Source: Schmidtea polychroa
Lineage: Eukaryota
Reading direction: 5' to 3'
Length of the DNA: 64,000 nucleotides
NCBI GenBank assembly: GCA_044892525.1
Contig: CM097886.1
Span: forward strand, 92,752,001 to 92,816,000
Position numbers and translations under genes: made by a program. Position 1 is the stretch's first letter. Each line of letters begins with the position of its first letter. The notes under the pieces were generated by a model that was given only the letters and a program-made list of their open reading frames with translations, did no database searches and had not been told where the DNA came from. This document shows, in pieces, positions 34,901 to 46,900 of this stretch.

Positions 34901-37900
34901 TAAGTACTTTGTTGATAAGATCATTGTATCCGAAAATTAATACTTGAGCTGTGGATTGTTGTTATTTTCAAATTTATTAAATTATTGAGTTAAATCATTT
35001 TAAATTTCAATTTTTTAAAATAGTTAAATATATTTTGTATCAATTGAAATAAAATTGATTATTTAATTTAAAAATTTCCGATTAAAAATTTCATTTCTAA
35101 TGGCTAATATAAGCTTTTTACCCAATATTAATGCTGGTGAAGTTAGTTGCACGCAAATTCACCAATAAACAATTTCTCCAGGACAGGGGTTCACAACCTT
35201 TTCATAGTACCGTATCTGTACGTTGTAAACAATTTGATGAGTACCGGTAAACCTAATTTTTTTAATGAGGTATAAAATGCAATGGAAATTGGCAATAAAG
35301 ACAAGTAACTTGGGATATATATATTTACTGCTAAACATATAAATAAAATATAATCATGATTTAAAAAATAGTTAGTGAGAAAGTTGGGCCTGTTTATTAT
35401 TAACTATCGAAGAAATATCGGGCTCAATGTTTGTCAGTTTAAGGCGAAGATCCAATTCAATGTATGGGTTATTGTAGTCATGTTTTTTTTCGCAAAACAG
35501 ATTTTTAATAGATTTTTGTTTTATATATAGTAATGTAATTCGCGTGCCGGTACTGGTACGCGTACCCTAGGTTGGGAATCCCTGCTCCAGGACATTCAGT
35601 GCGCTTTTAAAGATGAGAATAAAAATTTATCCGATATTTTTGTTAAGTGAAAATTTGTCAATAAAATATTCTACGCAACCTTTTGTTGATGTTAGAATGT
35701 TTTTGTGTATAAATTAATAAATTAGATCATAATATAATAATAAAATCAATTTTTACAATGTGTTTTCGACTTTCAAACGACATTTAAAATCAAATAATGA
35801 CTTTAATTCACATTCAAATGCTATTTTGTATTTTGAAGTAGAATTGTGTGCTATTAAGATGTGGTTCAATGTTAGCATTTAATGTTTAGGCCTTTTTTAA
35901 GTTCTTCAATTATTATTTACTAATTCAAATAATTTTTTGTTGATTAGTAAGCAATTTTTATGTTTTCGTTGCGAATTCTATATTATCAATTCAGTAACTT
36001 CTAATGATTAAATAAATGTCGTTAATGATTTGATTTTTTCAGTTTCAGTGATAAATAGGGTTAAAAATGATCTTTTTACACAATATGGGCAAACTTTGTT
36101 TTGGTGTTACTAAGACAATGTAAGAAAATTTCAAAGCATCCATTTTTCGAGTTTGAAAATATCCAATATTCTAAGGAAAATATATTACTGATGACTACCG
36201 TAAATATTGGGTAATAACCCGTGTCCCAATTTTCCAGTGAAATAATGAATTTATTCAACATATATTATTTAATTTTGGAATAACTCATCATATGCGCCGT
36301 AGTATGATTTGTAATTAATAATTTTGTAAAAAAAGTTACAATCCGAGATTTACGGTACATAATTTTACTTTAACCTTTTCGCGGCGTGCTATTTGCCTAT
36401 TAAATATGCCTATAAGACGGACAGTTTCTAGAAACTGCGATAGTTATCAAGTACGTAAACGGTCGTGTGACCACTATGAAATATGAACTACTACTGTCAG
36501 ATTCATACATGACAAATAAAATAACAGACAAGTTTAAACTTACCTATAAACACCAATAAACATATCTAACACATCATGAAATCGAATAAATACGGTCTTC
36601 GGCGCAAAAAGGTTAAATACACTTCAGGTTTAGGTCTCGCTTTTATTAACACAAGTACAAAATTGAATCTACATTTGGAAATCCCTTAAATGTCTTTTCC
36701 AGTGCCCTATTTTTAAGTCCCGCGAAGTTTCTCCGTCCATTTTAATATATATTATTTCGGTCGTCTGACATTGCCGTTGCTTATTTACTGGGCAAAACTT
36801 GTCAGGCTTTTACAAAAGATTTAAATATATTCNNNNNNNNNNNNNNNNNNNNNNNNNNNNNNNNNNNNNNNNNNNNNNNNNNNNNNNNNNNNNNNNNNNN
36901 NNNNNNNNNNNNNNNNNNNNNNNNNNNNNNNNNNNNNNNNNNNNNNNNNNNNNNNNNNNNNNNNNNNNNNNNNNNNNNNNNNNNNNNNNNNNNNNNNNGA
37001 TTCTTTTCTTGGGATGATGTTAATCTTTGTTCACATTTTCTGGGATATTCTAACAATAAGTCTCATGCATTTCTTTTGTTTTAGATCCAATTTTACATTA
37101 GACACATTTACCATAGCATATCTCTCACTTCTCCTGTATCAAAATATTTGTATTTGTTTAGTATAATTTAAAGTATTGAATTTTTTTGCACTTAGAAATC
37201 ACATAAAATTTGATATGGATTAAATTAAATGAAATCCCAGGTTTTAATAAATCGCTTATTTTATATTTGTACTTATATTTAAACAATTCTCATAAATTTG
37301 TATTTAATTTCTAGTCAAAATTTTCAATAATCATTATCTATTTGAGTTGTTTTTATGACATGTTTACAAATTTTGATGAGAAAGCTCTCAATATTGGCAC
37401 ATTTTATGATTCGAATTGTAATTTGACTCTCAATTTATGTGAATATAAGAATATTTTACTTTTCAAAAATTGTCTAAGCTGAGATAAAACATTTTTATGT
37501 CATTTTAGCATGGGTGCATCTATGTGAACAGAAGGCAATTCGAAAAGGATAAAGCTATCAAGAGTATGAAGTATCTCTTGAATAACGATATTTCTGTAAT
37601 ATATTTAATCGATTAAAACCTTTTTCTCTATGACATTGTTCAGTCATGGCTTGTAGTTTTTCCCGAAGGTACTCGTTATGACACAAAAAAGAAAAAAGTA
37701 ATCGAAAGAAGTCGGCAATTTGCTGAAGAACAAGGTTAATTTTTCTTCATTTACACAGTGGGGCGTACCAACTTTTTATTGAAACGCTTAAGCTATTTTC
37801 TAAATTTTGCTCTGTCTGGTAAAAAGTAAGCCATTTCCACAGTTTTTATTAATTGAAAATCTCTACCTAAATAAACCTTTAAATATAAAGATAAGCTGAT

Positions 37901-40900
37901 CTTTCTGATTGAATCTTTCTTCTCCATTTTTCTATCTTGTTGTTGACCAGAAAAATATAATTATTTAATCAATTTACAATATTTTAAAAATTGATATTTA
38001 ATATTTAAATTTACATAAATTTAAAAAAATATTTGATCAATATACAATATTTTAAAAATCAATTTTTATAATCTTTATTTTTTCGATTTTGGTTATTCAA
38101 TATTGTCTAATTCTGACATTTTTTAAAACTATGATATCTCGAATTGACATTGGGAATTTGTTTTAAAATATATTAAAAATAAATATAGATTGGTTATTTG
38201 GGAAGGTTTTAATTATAATTTTAAGTATAATTTCCTCGATTTTTTTCGATTTATGAATATGTGACAAATTAGCCGAGCGCATAAAATCATTCCAGGAATT
38301 CTAATCTCGTCTCACAGATGTGCTGATGTGCAATTATCTATTTTCATTTACACTACGAAGTGAAAAACTTTAAAAGCTTTAAAATTTAAAATAAACTGAT
38401 TTGATTGGTTGCCCTATTTTGGCATTTATCCTAACAAATATTATTCACCTCAAATATGCCGTGTTAAAATATGATTAGTCAGAAAAATAGTAACAAAAAT
38501 AAATGGAAAATAATTCCTTTATTTTTACACCGAAAAATTGATTACTGATAATTGAAAGTAATTTATCGGTTTTCACTATTATTTATTATCAGTTGAGAAT
38601 GGCATTCAATTCATTACTTGTTGTGAATTTGGCATCATTGAGAAATTCATTCTATTTTTGGAAATGTTTTTTGTGAATGAACTATTATTCACCAGAGTAA
38701 TATATAGATTTCTGATTCACAGATACAGTAAGTAGTATTTCAATTGATACAATCTCACTACAGTAGTAATTTGATGGAGAATTTTTGACAGGCCACCGTA
38801 AAATAGTTTTATTGAAAGCGTGGACGTGTATTGTTTATTAAAATTGTAGTTCTCATTTGAAAAACCTGTCACGCATTTGAACATTTTAATATAGAAAATT
38901 AATCCGTTTGTAGGTCGCTACCATTAACATACCAATTGTGTAAAATAAATTTGCTTGATTCTTGTTAATTTTCATCAAATGTTGAAACGTGTTAATGTAA
39001 TAAATAGTGTCACTTCTTGTCTATATTTTCCTTTCAGATAGTAAATTAGGATTTGTTTTTCATTTGGTTAGGAATGTGCAATTTCTCTTTCCTTTTCGCC
39101 GTTTATAAAATGTGTCAGATGTTTTATGTGAAAATCTTTTTCCGCGTGCACTGCTGATTTCTTCTAGTGATTTAAGTGAAAATTTTATAAGTAAATTATA
39201 TTGTTTTCTTGTATAGAATTATCATTCATGACTTTTTAATGTTACCTTGTGACATTTATTTGAAAAACACTTCAAAATCCGCCTTGCAGTTGTCAATGCA
39301 TTTTATTATTATTATTACATTAAACCTGGATGAATAATCAATTATTTTTAATGTTTCCAATGTCAATAATTCTCCTAAATACTTAATATATTTCGTCTAT
39401 TTGTGTTGACATTTAAATCGAAATAAAATGCACACATTTCTTGGGTGAAAAATTTTTCGATATTTTTTCAAGCTTCTATATTAAATTACATTTCAACACT
39501 TGGAAATTTAATTTGAATAAAATTACTATTATACAATTGTTATGGGGTGGTGCAAAAGTTCTTTTTTCAATTTTTTTAACAGATATAAAATAAGAGACTG
39601 AACTAGTCTGAAAAGAAATTAAAAAGGAAATTTTTTATTTTTTTTGACAAAATTTTCAAATATTGGCTGTGAAGAAAATTAATAAACATAAATTTTAAAT
39701 CGAAATTATTTTAAAATTAGAAAATAAATTACGATATCAGAATTAATATTTGTCTCAAAAATATTTATTTTAGCGTGTAATATTAAAAATAATATCAGAC
39801 TTGTCCAGGATCATAATTTTATAACATTATAAGCGAAAGATAATCAAGCAGTTGGAAAATATAAGTTATAAGATAGTGTCTAATTCATGGGTACAATCCT
39901 ATATACATTGAAGAGACTTTCAATAATTATTGGAATGTGTAATTTGTAAAGCTTTGTTGATAAAATCATTGTATAGGAAAATTAATGTTTGAGCTGTTGA
40001 TTGTTGTTGTTTTCAAATGTATTAAATTATTGAGTTTAATAATTTTAAATTTCAATTTTTCAAAATCGTTAATTATAATTTAGTATTAATTGAAATATAA
40101 TTGATTATTTAAATTAATATTTTCAAAATATTTTTTAACGAAAAAATAACAAAGATTTTTTCTATATACAGGAAGTGTCGAAATATATCGTAAAACGAAT
40201 GTTTGCGTGATAATTTCTTATAATTAAATTATAGATTTATTTTCTATTTGAAGAGAAAATTAATAATGTTAATATTTTCGAAAATAATAAGTCTAAAGTT
40301 TGAAGATATATTAAAAACTTTAAAAATAAATACCATGCCAAATGTATAATGGGAATGTTTAAATATAAAAACCTTTCAAACAACGTTTGTAGGTCCATGG
40401 TGCATTGCTAATTGTATATAATGCTTCTTCACATCCAAGTAGTTTATATCGTGGAGAAATTAAAACCAAATAATGTTATGCAATTAATTCAACCAATGGA
40501 TCAAAGTATTATTGTAAGTTTAAAGAAACTTTATAAGAAAAAATGTAATTAGATGAAATTGGTTTTAGTAGAATTCATAAAAGGTGATGATGTGAAGAAT
40601 AAAATAAAACAAGAAATTTAAAAATCCCATTGATTATTTGGATCAACAAGATCATAATTAATAATTAAATTTCCAAATAACATATATTCCAATAAAACAA
40701 ATTAAGTCATCTTTAAGTTGCAAATTCAAATATTTTCAAAAATCCCCTGATTTAATTTTACATACAAAATGCGCCAATCTTCGTCTAAATATTCTTTTGA
40801 AATTTTAAATTTAGAATATTGATTTTTTTAATTTTTTTACACAGTATTTCAGATAAAAATAAAATTTTATATCTTTCTATTCGTAAATTAAATTGATAAA

Positions 40901-43900
40901 CAAATTTTTTATGTATATTATCAAGAAAATCTAAGTGTTGTTTATTTCATAATGATCTTATTTCACATCATTTTGCTGAGATATTTTTAACTATATTTTT
41001 TCAATTACAATAATGCAAGGTTTTTCTTAATTAATACAAATAATTACTATGTGAATTTATTTTATAATAGTTAAATAATTATTTATCGTTTAATTGAGAG
41101 TTAAAAATAATTTGTCTTAGAAATTCCATAAATGTTGATTTAACATCGCAACGACAAATTCTTACATAAACAAATTTTTCATACAAAAGTTTGGAGAAAC
41201 ATCGAAATTTCCTAGAAATACATATAAAAATCAATTCAAACTATATATTTAATAACAACAAAATTTTTAATTGGATTTATTTTTATCAATTAACGTACTC
41301 AAACAAACATTTCACGATATATTTTAACATTTTCCCTGTCATTACTAAGTAGGATAATAAAAATATTATAGATTTAATAAACAAATTTTATTAATTTAAA
41401 TAATCAATTATTTAAATTAAATTTAAAAAAAAATTTATTAGTTATATTTTTATTACAAATTAATCACTTTTTATCGGAATCGAAAATTGTTTCAACAAAA
41501 TATGCGAATTTTAATATTCTTTCGTCGTCTTTTCAGCATAAATTTATTGTTAAATATAGATCAAAGACAAATGACCAAAAATCTTGAAATCATTGCAAAT
41601 CCGAAACATGATGCATATCTTCATGACAGTTCCCATCTGGGATAATATAATTTTTCTTTAATTTGATTGGTTGTTGAAATAGTGATAAATTTGTTTCAGA
41701 ACTTTGATATAGGGAAACTTCAGATTCCTGATATAATAATTTTTTCTGTATTTATTGAATTCGAATAGAAAATAATTGATGTTTCTCTGAATCTACTGTA
41801 AGAGCCTGAATTGACTTCATTAAGCAACCAAATTTAAACAATAGATTCTTAATAATTACATAAGATTTCGATATAGTTGGTGTTCGTTCGTAAATTTACG
41901 ATGCAATCGTTGATTCATTATTTATAATTTAAAATTAGAGAGTTTGTTTATGAAAATAATTGACTAGGTTTCATACAATAGCAAAAGTGATATTTAATCT
42001 CTAATATTCAGGGTATCCATAAAGTCTGGGTACAATTAAGACATTTATGACTTTGAATGTATAGGATTTTGCTCTGGAAGTTAGATGAGAAATTTCTAGT
42101 AGATTAATTGAAAGAGATGGATTATTATCTTTGCCTCTACATTTGCCAGATTTGATTTCTTTTTATGAAGTCATAAACTAAACCTTGATCTTTTGAAGAC
42201 TTGCAAAATAGAATAACTTATGTGATTGATGACAGTTGTGAAAATTAGCTCGCAAGTGTTGTCAGAAAACTACATAATAGTATCCCCCTTTGTATTAGTA
42301 ATTATGGTAGTATTATTTTAGATAATTTTCTTTGAGAGACCTTTAAGAGATCTTTACAGATTTATTAACAACACTTCATATAGTAAAAATATTCTAATAG
42401 CTAAGAATTCAAGATGCAATACTAGCGAAAATGTTCTAATGGAAATTCTCAGTATTTACAATGCATTTTATAATTAATAATTTATTGATTTTAATTTGAT
42501 AATCATTTTTCAATCGTTGAAATTCAATTTGAATATAAAATATTCAACTTAATGTATGTATTAAATAAAATATGTTCGTACAAGTGTAATTAGGAGAATG
42601 CGAAAATAAGTAAGCTCCAAATAAATTAGTACAAATGTGTAATGATTTTATATGATGCCAATAATATAATAATATAATATAAAATAAGCTAGAATAATAT
42701 ATTTTTAAAGATCACTTGAAAGTATTTATCAAATTTATTACTCGCAAATAACTTTATAATTGTGACTGTTCAATATATATAGAAATAACTAAATATCTAA
42801 CGGTAAATTAATATTTTCATGATTATGATTGACATGAACATGAAATAATTCAGTACGGTAAATAATTGAAAAATAAACAAATATTCATTTTTTTTACTTC
42901 AAAAAATCTAGAATTGACATTTTTCTAAATGTTTGTTTTATTGATTTTGTTAGTTTGCATTCATTCATAACTTGTTTAATATATGTTATAGAGAATTTCT
43001 ATATTTCTATAAAATATTTCACCATTTTTCAATAACATTTCCCAGTACTCTTTTCTGTCTACGCTTTATTGCTTGTTATTGTTGTGGAATAATGGTTTAT
43101 AGTTTCGATTGTGAATAATCTTAATGTAATGATGACATACATAGCCATGAGCATTTGACTGTCTTGTAAATTCTTCTGTACTTTTCTGGTTTATCAAATA
43201 ATGTTTTAGTTACCCTATAAGTTTAGTGATTTTATAAGTTCTCCGAGGTTTATTTAGCATTATTATTCATCAATATCTCACTGAAAATATGCTAACAAAG
43301 TCATTCATAGAATTGTCTAAAGTGCACAAATTCATTGATTGTAATGTGCATGCAGTTGAATAAAATTGGATACATAAAGGCAATAATAGCTCTGTATTTC
43401 AAGTTTATTTTCTATTCATTTTTAATTACGATTTTCTTGATGCATATAAAGTCAATTATAATAATGTGATATAGTGAAACTGAGTTATAAATAATGAAAT
43501 CATTCTGGCTTTTAGTAAATTATAAAGTTATTGATATAAAAGTGCTGAAATAATTGATTGAATTGTGGTATGATCTTGATATTAATTAAATACGAAAATG
43601 TCAATTTATCTAATCAATTAGAATCGTATTTATTTTGTTATAAATATTTCGTCACTTTCACTTGTATATTTTTGTCAGATTTTTTGATTGATCTTAAAAA
43701 CACATTTTTTTAATTTTGTATTTTCAGCAATTACATGTTTACATAGGTTTTGGAAAACATTAAATATCAAGGTAAAATCAATATTGAAAAAAATATTTTT
43801 TTCGTATTTTTGTTAAGTCAAGTAAATTCTAACTTTATAATGCCATATTTTATGTATATACTAAAAAATACTGCTCTTACTTTTTCAACTTAGACGTATC

Positions 43901-46900
43901 AAAAAATCAACTGAATTGATTTTTTTTATTTTAAAATGGATCTCACAACCTTTAGAAATAAATATTAAAAACAACAATTGAGCACTTATGATTTTATTTA
44001 CTCCTAGTATTAAAATCAATATTTTCACTTTTTAAATCATTAATTGCACATTTGAATCAATACTTGGATTTCTTTTTAAAAATTTGTATTTAAAATCAAT
44101 AATTGCACTTGAAAATAAAAAAAATTAAATCAATAATCGCAACTTGACCTCTGTTTCTAACCAGTGCGTGGTAACTAGTAGTGGCGTCGAGGGTTCAAAT
44201 TTACCTACTACCCTACGATGAAAAATCTTAACTGAATATGAAAGCATATAACAATTTAGTAAAAATATTTTTCCCAGCCACTATTTCACGTTCCAGCCCA
44301 AATAGCCATAAAAACAACTAGTAACCTCTAAGTTTAGTTGAGTTAGAACAGTATTATCTACCATGATCTCCTAAAACCTAAGCAAACTGTAAGTACTTAG
44401 CTCTATTTATAAAAATTGATTTATGACAAATTTTGAATTATATCATGGCAATGGATAGTGCTACCTGATTTAATTGCTTATCAGCAATAGCTGCATATTG
44501 AGAAAAGTTAGACTGGAAAATCTTACCTTCAAATCTGCACGAAAGACGCAAATGTTGTGCTGGAAATATGGGGTGGGGATCAGGATTAGAGTTAGAGTGT
44601 ACATATTGAAAAAAAACTTGTGGGAGAAATTGTACCTCTTTATTATTGCCAGAAAGATAAAAAATGTAATTTCTAACGATAGATATTATTTTGATAATAA
44701 TTATAATATAATATATAATGAAAATGTATGCGTAAATTAAAAAATTAATCCCTGACTGTTCGTTTACCTAGAAATTCATACGCGGTGATAATTTTTCAGG
44801 TCCTATTAATCACCACCTGCATTTTTTACTTTCGACATCTTGAAAATTAAATAATAATGTTAAGTTTTAAGTAAGTCAATAAAATATAGTGAAAAACAGA
44901 ACAATTTTGAGGTCACGAATTCACTTAGTCTAAATTAATCAGTAAATAAATTTTCTTTCTACATTACGGTGAAAATAAAGGTGTTTTTAATTAAAATATA
45001 TTTGCCTTTTATATTCATTTTTTAAATATCTCATTGAAAAATAGATTAACCCGTTGATTATCAACCTAATATGAGCTAAAATTACGTTAGGAGCCAAGTA
45101 AAATTATTGATTAATTTTATTTATTGATTTTAATTTTATAATCATTACTCTATCGTTGAAATTCAATTTATAGATAAAAATAATCAAAATTTATAATTGG
45201 AGTTCTTAAATTTAAAATTTCCAAATAATTAAAATTTCACAAACGGGTTAGATGTAAATGAGATTATGGGAAAATCATAGCGAGAGCGGATTCATCAAAA
45301 TAGGTTCAGAAAGGGTCGAAATGCAGGAGAAAGTACAAAAATAGAAAAATTTTTCATTGAATACATTATTCGCAGCAAAAGGCTTAAATTATCACTTTAT
45401 TATTATTATTATTATTATAATTATTATTGTTGTTTTTAATGTAATGGTGTAACATTTTTTGTCGGATGTCTCACTTGAATAAAATAAACTATTTTTATTT
45501 TATTAAAGTGAGACATCCGACAAAAAAATGTTACACCATTACTTTAAAAGTTAAAAATGCTAAAGGTAATCGGATGCACTTGTAAATAGTTTCTGTGTTT
45601 CGACTAATTTTTTAGTTCGCAGAGGTGATTATGATTTTCCATACGCCATGTTTACAGATTTTTCTGTGACCAAGCTAATTTGTAAGTGTACAGGGAAAGT
45701 ATGCAATAGAGTTGAATCAGCAATATTGTATACTTACCTTGCACGAAGAGAAATCTTCGCGTCTCCTGCATAGTACTGATGAAAGCCAAAAGCTCGAAAC
45801 TAGTCTACTATTGGGATTTGCACTGGGTATCACAAAGCTTGTAATGATTATTTTATTATTATCATTATTATTATATAAGATATTTTATCAAAAAAAATTT
45901 CCATAACTATTGGGAAAGAGTAATTAATTAGTTTTGTTTTTGATCGGTTATATGAGATTACCTAATCATTATAAAAATAGATTTTATTTTGACGTGTATA
46001 AATCATTTTATAAATTGCATATTTTGTTATCTTTTGAGGTACTTTCTTGTTATCATCTCACTACTTATAGAACAAACTTTAACGAGCATTATGACCTTTA
46101 GGTGGATAATTTAAAGTGCGTCGTACAAAGACTTACTAATGTAGAGACATCATATGAATCTTGTCATGAATCGATGGCGTTGTAACAAGTGAATGTTGGG
46201 TTGGTTTAAGGCTCCTGTGTGAGGACATCATTCTTTTCATTTACTCTTTGGCCTATGAGATGGCTTCAGTCAAATATTGCGTATGAAAGCTTGGAATAAG
46301 ACGAGGTCAGAATATGCAGATAATTTTAAGTTTTTTTAGTGAGAAAAAAAGTTAAATTGGAAAAAAAGTCAAAATATCTAAGTTTTCAACTAAATACATA
46401 ATAAAATTTATTTTTATACTTTTTTAACGTGAAAATTTTTAATTAGAAAAAAAATTTTAATTTTTTAAAAATTTTTTAAAAAAGCTAAATTAAAAAAACC
46501 AAAATATCCCATTGGTCATATTCCAAAAAACAATCTAAGTATTTTTTCTCGATAAAAATCATTAAAAATATATTTTCATACCTTAACGTGGAAAAAAAAT
46601 TTTCATTTTAAAAAAGTTAAATTTAAGAAAAAAATTTTCATTGGAAAAGTATTTAATTTTAAAAAAATTTTTTTAAGGTAAAATAGAAAAAATATCCTAT
46701 GGGTCATACTTGTATTATTTCTTGATAAAAATCATTAAAAACCTTTATGTGAAAAAAATATTTAATTAGAAAAAAAATTTTTTTCAAGCCAAAATATTCG
46801 AACTTACCAATTATTGTGTAATAACATACCGATAGTATAATTTGTTAATCAAAAAATTAAATTAGAAAAAAATTTCATTCGAAAAAATTTTTTAATTTTT

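Noticed and set aside
42009-42040. Tc1/mariner-like end CAGGGTATCCATAAAGTC
   Set aside because: Single short match without a partner TIR or TA duplication; insufficient for an element call.
44160-44230. tRNA or tRNA-derived SINE (GCGTGGTAA...GGGTTCAAAT)
   Set aside because: Only weak A/B-box similarity; I could not fold a cloverleaf or find a tail or TSD.
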